In this document: positions 9,752-18,730 of the stretch, piece after piece | Position numbering within the stretch: the first letter of the stretch is position 1 | Layout of the letters: each line of letters opens with the position of its first letter | DNA from: a virus | Taxonomy: Duplodnaviria; Caudoviricetes | Direction: 5' to 3' (one strand) | Virus record (IMG/VR): IMGVR_UViG_3300033067_001069 | Coordinates: 1 to 47,994 of that record | DNA: 47,994 bases | The notes under the pieces: model-generated | The model's database searches: none | Told to the model about the DNA's origin: nothing | The model's input: the letters and a program-made list of their open reading frames with translations, nothing else | Position numbers and translations under genes: made by a program

Positions 9752-11330
9752 GTTTTTTCTCCCATGTATTTCTAATTTCACAAAGATTAGCCATTTCTTT
9801 CCAGGCGTCTTCTCTTGTAAACTTTTTAAAGTTTGGTTTAGTGAATGTTGCTGACATTTCATTAAAATACATACCATTCATGCCTGTGGCTGTGTATCCA
9901 TGATTTAAGTCTCGAATTAATCGCGCCTCCATATATGAGTTGACATATTTGGAATCACCTAAAACTTCTAATATTAGGAATCTAGCATAGTCAACACTTG
10001 AAAGATTCTTCGGAATGTTCTTATTCGGTGTGTGATATTTTGGAGGAGATAACCACACTTTATCATTTTGTGGGGTTTGTAAGATGGCCTCGACCCACTT
10101 ATCCGTAGTAACGCCCCAACTCCCATAATACTTTTCGAAGTTCATACGAGACTCGAACCGCATTTTTGGATACAGTTTTAAGTTGCTAATCGTACTTGCA
10201 CTAAGTTCATTATTTGGTACGGCTCTCTTACATCCAGTTTCTAATTCATCATAAAGGGTAAGATATTCAAGGGGGATACCACCTAATTTCCTAACGATAT
10301 CTGACATAGCAGAGAAATCTATTGATGCAACTGGAACTCCACATGCAGCCGCCTCAACTTGCGGCATACCAAACCCTTCTGAATTTGAGTATTGAATGTA
10401 TAGGTCAAATGAATTATAGATTACATTCATCGCCTCATTTGGGATACCATCGCTAGAAGATGGAAATGACGCTGTCGGCTTCCTACATTTTGGGCAAACT
10501 GTTAACGCGTCATTAAATAAGGTTGGAAAGATATGTCCGCACGGGCATGTGTATGTGAAGTACACACTATTTGCTACGCCATGCTCATTTAGATATTTTG
10601 GAATATCCCAGCCTAAATCTGGATAGGTTGTGTGACAGTATAGAACTACATCCTTACGTCCAATTTTATGAAGAATTGACAGCATTTTAAATAAGTCTGG
10701 GAATAGTTTTCTTCTCTGATTCCTCATAACAGTTCCAAGTACTGTCTTTCCGTTAAATCCAAACCGGCCTTGTAGGGCACGTTTTTCATCCTCTGGATAC
10801 GGATAATATACATCGCTAGCTACTGGCGGGGCAGCACATCCAACTTTAACACCACTTTTTTCCAATAATTGTTTGGACCAATCCTGGTATGTAAATACAT
10901 AATCAGCATCATTAATTACAGATAACCACTGTTCATTTTGTGGATATGAGTCGACAGTAGGCATTATTAACCATTTAAAATATGGTCTGGCAGGACTACT
11001 ATGCTCATGGTCAAACATGAACACGTCCCTAATATCTATTACATGAGTCGGCCTAAAATCAATACAGACTTCGTCAAATAAAAGAGAGCCGAATTGATGA
11101 GTCCCATTATGGTTATAATATTTTTGGAGGGGGTTATTATCGCCGGGGATTACTGGATATACCTTCCATGGAACATCTTTTAGTCTTGGGTCGCCCTCCT
11201 TAATAAAGCATGCATATTCAGCGACGGTAAAATGTTTATGCAACTTCTTCAGTAACTCATGGTAGTATGTTGAATACCCTGTACTCAACTTATGAAATTC
11301 ACTACATACAAGAATACGTTGTTCACCCAT
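9714..11330 (-). CDS. glycosyltransferase family 4 with Cys-rich insert
   Basis: TGYSTY, RNQRRK, EGFGMPQVEAAACG; CPCG..CPKC insert; ATG 11330 with GAGGA RBS. Confidence 0.88.
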   Translation of the reverse strand: MGEQRILVCSEFHKLSTGYSTYYHELLKKLHKHFTVAEYACFIKEGDPRLKDVPWKVYPVIPGDNNPLQKYYNHNGTHQFGSLLFDEVCIDFRPTHVIDIRDVFMFDHEHSSPARPYFKWLIMPTVDSYPQNEQWLSVINDADYVFTYQDWSKQLLEKSGVKVGCAAPPVASDVYYPYPEDEKRALQGRFGFNGKTVLGTVMRNQRRKLFPDLFKMLSILHKIGRKDVVLYCHTTYPDLGWDIPKYLNEHGVANSVYFTYTCPCGHIFPTLFNDALTVCPKCRKPTASFPSSSDGIPNEAMNVIYNSFDLYIQYSNSEGFGMPQVEAAACGVPVASIDFSAMSDIVRKLGGIPLEYLTLYDELETGCKRAVPNNELSASTISNLKLYPKMRFESRMNFEKYYGSWGVTTDKWVEAILQTPQNDKVWLSPPKYHTPNKNIPKNLSSVDYARFLILEVLGDSKYVNSYMEARLIRDLNHGYTATGMNGMYFNEMSATFTKPNFKKFTREDAWKEMANLCEIRNTWEKKRESTLRSSLQRK

Positions 11331-11343
11331 TGAAATCCTCCTA

Positions 11344-11385
11344 TAAAAAGAAAGGTATAGCACCCCATTTAAGTTGTACTATACC
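11344..11385 (-). terminator. intrinsic terminator after ssb
   Basis: Minus strand GGTATAGTAC...GTGCTATACC stem followed by TTTCTTTTT. Confidence 0.65.
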
Positions 11386-11417
11386 GATTGGTTGAATAAT
11401 ATAATCCATTCCCTATA

Positions 11418-11795
11418 TTAGAATGGTGCTTCGTCGTCTGCTACTGGAGCATCACCACTTCCACCACCATCATTCTTCTTACTTAGAAAGCGGAACTGAT
11501 TCAAACGGAATACAATCTTATCCCTATTCTTACCAGTTGCCTTATCTACCCATTTTTCTTGGCGGGGTGTAGCTTCGAAGTAAATCATATCACCCTTCTT
11601 GCAATACTTAGTTAAGAGTTCAGCACCCTTATCCCATGCTTGAAAGTTAAAGAATGACGCTACATTCTCAGTCTTATCACCTATCTTACGTCTCTCATCA
11701 ACAGCGAGGGCAAACTCACAAACTACGGTCTGTCCAACTGTTTTCAATTCTGGGTCTTTCACAAAACGACCGACACCACTAGATACAATACTCAT
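11418..11795 (-). CDS. ssb: single-stranded DNA-binding protein
   Basis: GRFVKDPELK, KKGDMIY OB fold, acidic tail DDEAPF. Confidence 0.92.
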   Translation of the reverse strand: MSIVSSGVGRFVKDPELKTVGQTVVCEFALAVDERRKIGDKTENVASFFNFQAWDKGAELLTKYCKKGDMIYFEATPRQEKWVDKATGKNRDKIVFRLNQFRFLSKKNDGGGSGDAPVADDEAPF

Positions 11796-12286
11796 TAAAC
11801 GAGTCCTCCATTAATAACACAATTCTGTAAAATCTTATACTCTTGTAAATCTGTCTCTTTAAACTCATGGTTCATTATACTTCCAATATCTTCAAATAAC
11901 TCTTTTTCATCATTTGCCTCCTTCACCGTCAAGTCAACTTTTATAAATTCGTAAATATCTTGTGATATAATTGGCATCTCATTTTCATCATATAAAATGA
12001 TTAAACTTGGTGATGCATTATACACGCTGATAACCAATAGTATATCTAAAAATAAAAGTGGACGAAGAACATGTTTCGGCACTCGTATTTTTGATATTTT
12101 ATTCTTATATCCATCCTTTACAGATAGGATACCATTTTTATACATGTAAGTTCTATCATATTGATTAATAGAAGAAAAAACAGTAAATTTCGGGGTCGTT
12201 AAAACACACCCCTTGTCTTTCGGCAGTTTTTTCAACTTGAACTGAAAATCATTATCAATGTGGAATTGTTCTACGGGGCCTATCAT
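11795..12286 (-). CDS. hypothetical protein
   Basis: 163 aa ORF coupled to both neighbours. Confidence 0.6.
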   Translation of the reverse strand: MIGPVEQFHIDNDFQFKLKKLPKDKGCVLTTPKFTVFSSINQYDRTYMYKNGILSVKDGYKNKISKIRVPKHVLRPLLFLDILLVISVYNASPSLIILYDENEMPIISQDIYEFIKVDLTVKEANDEKELFEDIGSIMNHEFKETDLQEYKILQNCVINGGLV

Positions 12287-13926
12287 ATTTGGGTCACCTC
12301 ATTAACTACGAATGATTTTTGCTCGTTTTTTTCTGAAAGAACACCCTTCAGAAGTAGGGTATTTCCCTTAAATATAAAGGCCGCATACTCTTCATACTTT
12401 TCCGAAAATATAACAACACTATCGAAAATACCAGATTGGTCTTTTACTTTAAGGAATGCCATTTTCTTACCCTTAGAATTTCCACTTTTTATTATATGTT
12501 CTCGCACATTAAGTATTTCTACGGCGATACTAGTATTACCCTTCTTAAACTGGAGGTCGACGCACATGGAGTCTCCATATACAGAGCATTCATCCGTTCG
12601 GGCGCATGATATTGGGATGCCTAGTAGTTCTTGCTCGGCCTTAATAATAGTGTAGCGGCTGTCTTTCGTGGAATACGGGGCGGCAGCGAGTGACTCTTTT
12701 AATACCAACAACTTTTCTTTTCTATTAACTGTTCTTTTCAACCTAGAGTCGATTAGAATCTCTTGAATCGCATCTTTAAGATTTGTCTTACCTATGTATT
12801 TTATATACGCCTTCTCTTTAGTATCCAATTGGCTATATATATTATACTCAAAGAGCTTGGCTGCCCGTGACATTCCAGACGATAGATAATCCATTGCTCC
12901 TACGGCAATAAGGTTATTCATAGCTCTAGAAGATATCTCGTCTCCCATAAATATCAAGAATTCGTACCAAGTCCAATCTCCTATCTTTTTTCCACTATCT
13001 GATTCAGCGACTTTAACCGCCTCTACAATTTTTCTAGATATAGATTCTCCAACTTGTTTAACATCTGATAATCCAAAATGTATAGCATTATTTTTCGTAA
13101 AGAAATGTGTAGAATCTACGCTTAATCCATACTTAAATGTTGGTGGATAAACATTAATTCCATTAGAAAGAGCATCTTCAATTAATAGTTCAATTTCTTC
13201 CTGAGAAAACTGCTTATCTTTAGCATAGTACAACCATGAAGTATAGAAATGTATTGGGAAGTGAGCTTTTACATATGCACATTTATATCCAATATCTGCA
13301 TAACCAACGCCATGGGACTTATTGAAACTGTATTTTTGTGACTCGCGAATCCAACCAAATATTTGGGTTGCTGTATTATCATCAATTTTTCCAAATGTCC
13401 TAGATTTCTCCATGAACATTTTTTCAACTTGTGTCATAACGTCGGCGAGTTTTTTGCCTATAGCCTTACGAAGGGTGTCGGCTTCCTGTAAATTGAATCC
13501 GGCTAAGTCCGTTGCGATTCTCATCGCTTGTTCTTGGTACACAAGAATACCCTGTGTTTTCCTCAAGATTGGTTCTAGGAGTGGGTGGATATAAGATACC
13601 TCTTCCTTGCCACTTTTTCTGTCCGCAAAGTGTTGCGTTAATGATGTCCCATCTAGTTTTGATTTTAGTGTTCCAGGCCGAATAACAGAAATAACGGCAG
13701 AGAGTTCGTCTAAGTCATTAGGCTTAATTTTTTTAGACCAGTCTTGCCCTAACTTATTCTCCAATTGAAAAATGCCTTTTGTCTTACCACCGTGAAATAA
13801 TTCCCACACTATTGGACAGTGTGGAAGATTATCATAGTCAATAAGAATACTCGGCAAGCCATCAATATCTTTAATATTATTATCTACTATTGGGATTTCA
13901 CATCCACAATCAAATTTGTACATCAT
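12283..13926 (-). CDS. dnaE: DNA polymerase III alpha, C-terminal piece (fingers, HhH, OB)
   Basis: GIFQLE, RPG, TQGILVYQEQAM, ADTLRKAIGKK, YSFNKSH, OB fold MAFLKVKD; no intein residues at the N-terminus. Confidence 0.92.
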   Translation of the reverse strand: MMYKFDCGCEIPIVDNNIKDIDGLPSILIDYDNLPHCPIVWELFHGGKTKGIFQLENKLGQDWSKKIKPNDLDELSAVISVIRPGTLKSKLDGTSLTQHFADRKSGKEEVSYIHPLLEPILRKTQGILVYQEQAMRIATDLAGFNLQEADTLRKAIGKKLADVMTQVEKMFMEKSRTFGKIDDNTATQIFGWIRESQKYSFNKSHGVGYADIGYKCAYVKAHFPIHFYTSWLYYAKDKQFSQEEIELLIEDALSNGINVYPPTFKYGLSVDSTHFFTKNNAIHFGLSDVKQVGESISRKIVEAVKVAESDSGKKIGDWTWYEFLIFMGDEISSRAMNNLIAVGAMDYLSSGMSRAAKLFEYNIYSQLDTKEKAYIKYIGKTNLKDAIQEILIDSRLKRTVNRKEKLLVLKESLAAAPYSTKDSRYTIIKAEQELLGIPISCARTDECSVYGDSMCVDLQFKKGNTSIAVEILNVREHIIKSGNSKGKKMAFLKVKDQSGIFDSVVIFSEKYEEYAAFIFKGNTLLLKGVLSEKNEQKSFVVNEVTQI

Positions 13927-14683
13927 CTTTTAATGTGCCTTTCAGTTTGGTCTTTCCAGCGACCTTTCTTAGTATGCCCTGGAAAGAAATGAACATTTTC
14001 GCACCATCTAAAATATCCTTTTTAGCTCTATGTGCCCCCTCCTTAGATATACCAAGATATTCTCTCATAGCATCCATACCAATGGAATTTATATCTGGAT
14101 TATTTTCTGTCCACATCCATACTATGCGCATTAGGTCAATTACATCTCTCGGTGCGAATAATGTCTCTTCCATTCTCTCATCATCCCATGGACCGAACCC
14201 ATACGGGTCAACAATACGTGGAATTTTTACATTCGCGAATGCTTTTGTTTTAGATAGAAATGATAAGTTTTTCTTCAGATGTGCGAAATGTCCGCCACAC
14301 ATTCTGTCAATGATTACAGCATCATAATTCTCTATATTGAAGCCAGCCTTTATTGGTGCATTCCATTTAGAACCAGAAGGATTCCATTTTTTAATGTATT
14401 GGATAAATTGTCCCCAAACTACTTCTGGAGTTGGTGCATCTTCTAACATTTCCCTAGTAATACCTGTTTTCTTAGCTACATCATCACTGTATGGAGTAAG
14501 ATTTAGTTCAGCACATTTTCCCTCGTCAAACTCTGGCTTAATAAGAGAAGAAAAGATAGAATCCTCCCGTATTGTAAGGCGGCGACCATCTATACATACG
14601 GCGGCTAACTCTGTAGGCTGACAGGTATATGGATTTAATCCAGTAGTCTCAAAGTCTAAGAATATTATATCACTTCTGTTCAT
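13910..14683 (-). CDS. DEDDh 3'-5' exonuclease (DnaQ/epsilon-like)
   Basis: DFETTG, GFNIENYD, HRAKKD. Confidence 0.88.
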   Translation of the reverse strand: MNRSDIIFLDFETTGLNPYTCQPTELAAVCIDGRRLTIREDSIFSSLIKPEFDEGKCAELNLTPYSDDVAKKTGITREMLEDAPTPEVVWGQFIQYIKKWNPSGSKWNAPIKAGFNIENYDAVIIDRMCGGHFAHLKKNLSFLSKTKAFANVKIPRIVDPYGFGPWDDERMEETLFAPRDVIDLMRIVWMWTENNPDINSIGMDAMREYLGISKEGAHRAKKDILDGAKMFISFQGILRKVAGKTKLKGTLKDDVQI

Positions 14684-15141
14684 TCATCTATCCTCTCAAA
14701 AAGGTCTTTATCTCCAAAGATATCTTCCATCTTATATATTAGGAGGTCTGCATTATCATCACCGCCCCCTTTTATTTTTTTAAATGGTGCATGTTTTACA
14801 ATCCAAGTGCGGAGCTTACTAACTTCCGTCATGTAAACCTTCATGTTATCTGTTCCCTTATCAAAGACTATATGGGCCCAGAATTTTGCCATAGTAGCAG
14901 TTATTCCGCTTGGTTTATCTTGTTTAGAATTCCAGTATTCTATAGCTATATTTCCGGTTTTCTTTGACATTTTATCAAACTTTACTTCAATAAAGTCATC
15001 ATTAAGTGTCAAATCATGATATAATTTTCCATCACTTTTCTCACACTTAAAGCCTTTTTTAGTCATTATTTCCACGACTATTTTTTCGCCCTTATTTCCA
15101 TCATCAATACATGATAGAAAGTTCTTTTTACCTTTTGACAT
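14680..15141 (-). CDS. PD-(D/E)XK nuclease-like protein
   Basis: GE..HDL..IEVKFD, TGNIAIEY, KPSGI. Confidence 0.65.
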   Translation of the reverse strand: MSKGKKNFLSCIDDGNKGEKIVVEIMTKKGFKCEKSDGKLYHDLTLNDDFIEVKFDKMSKKTGNIAIEYWNSKQDKPSGITATMAKFWAHIVFDKGTDNMKVYMTEVSKLRTWIVKHAPFKKIKGGGDDNADLLIYKMEDIFGDKDLFERIDE

Positions 15142-15700
15142 TATACCTCACGAATACTTCTATAGCCTTTTTATCAAACTCCTTCCCATATTGCATAATA
15201 TAGGACGGATGATAGTTTGGAATTACTGAGATTGTTATTGTTTCTAATGAGACTGGAAATACTTTTCCAACCACATCCTTCATTTTGAAGGATTTTTTAA
15301 GGGGGCCCGCCAATAATGCATATGTTGGAACTTTTCCAAGTGTAAAAATATATGTGGGGCGCACATAATAAATCTCGCGGAATAAATGATTTTCCGTACA
15401 TGTAGATATTTCTGCGGAATTTGGTGGGCGGTTACTGCGGCCGTCATCGGTTGGGCGGCACTTTACAGTGTTTGTTATATACACATTTTCCCTATTAATA
15501 CCTGCTGAGGAAAGTAAGCGGTCTAGCAATCTTCCACATGGTCCGACAAATGGCATACCAACTTCAACTTCAGTCGCGCCTGGAGCTTCTCCAATTATCA
15601 TTATTGAGGAAGTTTTTGGGCCTACTGGAGGTACTGGAGTGCAACCATTTGGTAATAGAGAAAAAATAGGGCATAGATTACAAGTTTCAAGATTTATCAT
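15128..15700 (-). CDS. uracil-DNA glycosylase family 4
   Basis: CxxC, GEAPG, PFVG, TNTVKCRP, NRPP, YHPS. Confidence 0.92.
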   Translation of the reverse strand: MINLETCNLCPIFSLLPNGCTPVPPVGPKTSSIMIIGEAPGATEVEVGMPFVGPCGRLLDRLLSSAGINRENVYITNTVKCRPTDDGRSNRPPNSAEISTCTENHLFREIYYVRPTYIFTLGKVPTYALLAGPLKKSFKMKDVVGKVFPVSLETITISVIPNYHPSYIMQYGKEFDKKAIEVFVRYNVKR

Positions 15701-15899
15701 TAGATTCTTTCTCTACTTTTACGAGTAGTAAATACTTATCCACCGCCTCATTTAGATTTTCATACATGAAGGAATATTTATTTGAATATACTTGGTATCT
15801 GCGGTCAATCACCTGTTTAAGGCGCAGCTCACATATTGTGATGTCTTTAAATCTTAGTTCCATGCCAGCGTCTACGCATTCATATACATGTTGTCTCAT
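15687..15899 (-). CDS. hypothetical protein
   Basis: 70 aa ORF with overlapping start/stop at both ends. Confidence 0.6.
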   Translation of the reverse strand: MRQHVYECVDAGMELRFKDITICELRLKQVIDRRYQVYSNKYSFMYENLNEAVDKYLLLVKVEKESNDKS

Positions 15900-16720
15900 T
15901 CTATTGTTCCCTTCAGTAACATATTCCTAACGCCCATTAATTTATCTAGAGCAAGTAATCCAAGGATATCAAATTTAACAAGGCCAAGTTCTTCTAGGTC
16001 TCCCATATTCATCCCGGATATTTTCTCAGAAGAATTATTATCCCACATCATTGGAACTGTTTCATCCAAAATAGTTGGGCTAATGATAATTCCGGATGGA
16101 TGCTTACCTCTACTTTTATACACGCCTTCCAAATTAATAGCCTGTTGAAAATACTCCGCGTATTGACCACCTAAAGTACCATCTTCATTTAAGAAGACCC
16201 AGTCGCTTAAGTTTTGCGGCTCATTTTCAAGCGTCCAACGTAAAACACTTTCTTCACCACTTTCTTCCATAGCATCCATGATTTGGAATTCGGGTGGAAT
16301 ATTGGCTGTTATGTGGTCGATTTCTTTTGCTTCGCACACATTATGAACGCGTAAAACTTCCTTAATTGCGCCCTTACCTTGAAGGGAGCCGAAAGTAGCA
16401 ATATGACAAACCCTATCTTCACCATATTTATTCCTGATATAATCAATAATTAATTTTCTCTTATGAACTGGAACGTCAACATCAATATCTGGATAACTTA
16501 TCTTATCCTTAGTATTTCTACCAGCATTATAGAATCTCTCAAATAGTAAGTCGTACGGAATTGGGTCAATACTGGTAATTTCAAGGAGATATGATGCTAA
16601 TGAGCCATCTGCTGAGTTATGTACCGCTAAATTTTCTACATTGTAAGTATGACTATTTTCAACTGTTAAGTCATTAACTTTACCAGTATAGTTAATTATT
16701 GTTTTCCTCTTTAATTTCAC
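15896..16720 (-). CDS. dnaE: DnaE middle piece (palm) preceded by a split-intein C fragment
   Basis: 35 aa IntC ending VHN, then SADGSLASYLL, LLFERFYN, catalytic PDIDVD, HPSGIII, LVKFDILGL. Confidence 0.92.
   Translation of the reverse strand: MKLKRKTIINYTGKVNDLTVENSHTYNVENLAVHNSADGSLASYLLEITSIDPIPYDLLFERFYNAGRNTKDKISYPDIDVDVPVHKRKLIIDYIRNKYGEDRVCHIATFGSLQGKGAIKEVLRVHNVCEAKEIDHITANIPPEFQIMDAMEESGEESVLRWTLENEPQNLSDWVFLNEDGTLGGQYAEYFQQAINLEGVYKSRGKHPSGIIISPTILDETVPMMWDNNSSEKISGMNMGDLEELGLVKFDILGLLALDKLMGVRNMLLKGTIE
16616..16720 (-). mobile_element. split intein IntC (35 aa) of DnaE
   Basis: MKLKRK..VNDLTVENSHTYNVENLAVHN|S (blocks F, G). Confidence 0.9.
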
Positions 16721-17378
16721 GATGTAATTTCCTAGCCTTTTTATAATTTGTTTTTAATATATCATCCGAACTTAACAGCATTACGCACGAGAAAGAATTA
16801 TCCTTACACCACTTTTTTAATGCGTTAAACTTTAATGGTATTCGTTCAACATTTTTTTGGTAATACATACCCAAACCTTTGATTTCTACAATAGTATTAT
16901 TATCTATTATAAAATCTGGCATATACACTCTACTCTTTGAGTACTCATCTAAGTATTCTATTGGCTCTAAATTAAATCTGATAATATTTATATTATTTGA
17001 TAAACACCATAATATATACCACGATTTCCTCCAGAATGTATTGCCTTACGCATCATAACACGATAGTATTCGTTTTTATTTTGCGTCCAGCTTATATTTG
17101 ACATAGCCTTTTTAGCAAAGTCCTCATCGTTTTTCCATCTATTTTTTAGATGTTCCGCAGCTTTCTTTTTACGTTCATCATCTCATGATTTTGAAACACC
17201 AGCGGCATTTATCTTTTTTATCTACCTTATTTTTCCTATTTCTTAGGAAATGCTTTACGGAATAATAAGTAAAACTAATATTACACATACTACAAATTCC
17301 ATGTAATTTATAGTTTGTAATATTCTTACAGTTATAGTCTCTTGATTCTAATTCTAGAATTGTAATTTCTTTTTTCAT
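16692..17378 (-). pseudogene. frameshifted free-standing PD-(D/E)XK (TnsA-N-like) homing endonuclease between the split intein halves
   Basis: Three consecutive frames: MKKEIT..CRWCFKIMR*, DDERKK..GIYYGVYQII*, WYILWC..YMPDFIIDNNTIVEIKG. Confidence 0.75.
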
Positions 17379-17380
17379 AA

Positions 17381-17430
17381 TAGGGCCCTCCTGATATAAT
17401 ATGCACCTTTTGGTGTAGGTCGGGGCTCTA
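17381..17430 (-). promoter_or_regulatory. hairpin sequestering the Shine-Dalgarno of the endonuclease gene
   Basis: TAGAGCCC...AGGAGGGCCCTA imperfect inverted repeat ending 2 nt before ATG 17378. Confidence 0.55.
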
Positions 17431-17432
17431 TT

Positions 17433-18728
17433 TCAAACTTCCGAAATATCATCGTCTTCAGTTAAATTTTGGGCTTCCACCCACCCCCTATTTTTTGTTA
17501 AGAATAAGTGGTCCTTAGTACATCTAATGATTTTTCCATTTTCAAATTCTAGTTCAATAATTTCTTCAGATATATCATACTCAAGAGTATCTATAACTTT
17601 TTGTTGCTGCCCATATGCATCTATAATCTCATCACCAGTATTTATTAATGAAATTGGGGTATATGTCCCATTTGACATTTTAACCCTAGTATCCGGTAGA
17701 AAACATCCTCTTCCTGGCCCCGTCATCCATCCCATACTTCTAGCATATTGGATAAAATCTCGAACAATAAGGAAGTATCCTTCAAGGGACGCTTCCCCAA
17801 TAACTTTTAATTCGTTTTGAATTCTATCAACGTAAGTTTTTTCATCCCAAGATGATAGACGTCTTTTCTTCCATCCATCCCGACATAACTGTCGAAGATA
17901 ATCTGCTTCTGACAGACCATTTGGACAGTCAAACTTTGGTAGTGATGGTCTATTAGTGATATCGAAGGAATCGCATAATGTGTCAATAATTCCAGTATTC
18001 TCAATTTCGTCCCTCGTATATCCTCGACCCTCTAAATCGGCAATACTTGGAACGTGAAATGTATCTTCAGCGAAGAATATATCCATCCAAGACTGAGCGC
18101 CTCTTCCGCGTTCTTTATTTATTTTTTCAATTGTTGATTTTGCATTAGATGCAAGAAGAACTCTATGTTCTATAGCGTCTGATTTAGATGCGTAAAAACT
18201 TGGAGGGGCCGCCAATGTTCGTATTGGGAGCCCCCGTATATAGGCGGCCGTATTAGAACGCGGATTATCTATCTCGCCAAACAAGAGGTCGTTATCGACA
18301 GATGATATAAATTCCTTAATTATATCCTCATTTATAGAGGAGTCAGTCGCCCCGAAACTAAGTATGAGATTCCGCTCCTTACATGCCTCGATTACCTCAT
18401 CGGTTGTAAGGGTCGGCTTATATCCAATTATATTATTCTTATTATTAGAATAAGAGACTAACTTTATAAGTTGTTTCCAGCCCGCCAGATTACGAGCAAT
18501 TAAGGAAACATATCTCATGCCAGTAGTTAGAAACCTAACGCCGAATATCGGCTTAATTCCAACTTTTTTCATAGCCTTATTGAAGGCGATGGAGCCACTC
18601 AAATTACTATAGTCGGATATTACGGCGGCTTTGTATCCATACTTACTACATTCTTTTCCTATTAATTCTGGCTTGGCTGATGAAGCCAAGATAGAAAAAT
18701 GGGTATGATTTCTAACAGGAACATACAT
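17433..18728 (-). CDS. dnaE: DnaE N-terminal piece (PHP domain) followed by a split-intein N fragment
   Basis: HTHFS, LIARNLAGWKQL, YFLIVRDFI, GPGRG|CFLPDT..CTKDHLFLT..GWVEA. Confidence 0.92.
   Translation of the reverse strand: MYVPVRNHTHFSILASSAKPELIGKECSKYGYKAAVISDYSNLSGSIAFNKAMKKVGIKPIFGVRFLTTGMRYVSLIARNLAGWKQLIKLVSYSNNKNNIIGYKPTLTTDEVIEACKERNLILSFGATDSSINEDIIKEFISSVDNDLLFGEIDNPRSNTAAYIRGLPIRTLAAPPSFYASKSDAIEHRVLLASNAKSTIEKINKERGRGAQSWMDIFFAEDTFHVPSIADLEGRGYTRDEIENTGIIDTLCDSFDITNRPSLPKFDCPNGLSEADYLRQLCRDGWKKRRLSSWDEKTYVDRIQNELKVIGEASLEGYFLIVRDFIQYARSMGWMTGPGRGCFLPDTRVKMSNGTYTPISLINTGDEIIDAYGQQQKVIDTLEYDISEEIIELEFENGKIIRCTKDHLFLTKNRGWVEAQNLTEDDDISEV
17436..17705 (-). mobile_element. split intein IntN (90 aa) of DnaE
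   Basis: Cys1 block A, TxxH block B, acidic end then stop. Confidence 0.9.
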
Positions 18729-18730
18729 GA

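Noticed and set aside
16601-16615. SADGS instead of the usual SAAGS/SGAGS after the DnaE splice junction
   Set aside because: Single substitution; significance cannot be judged without an alignment
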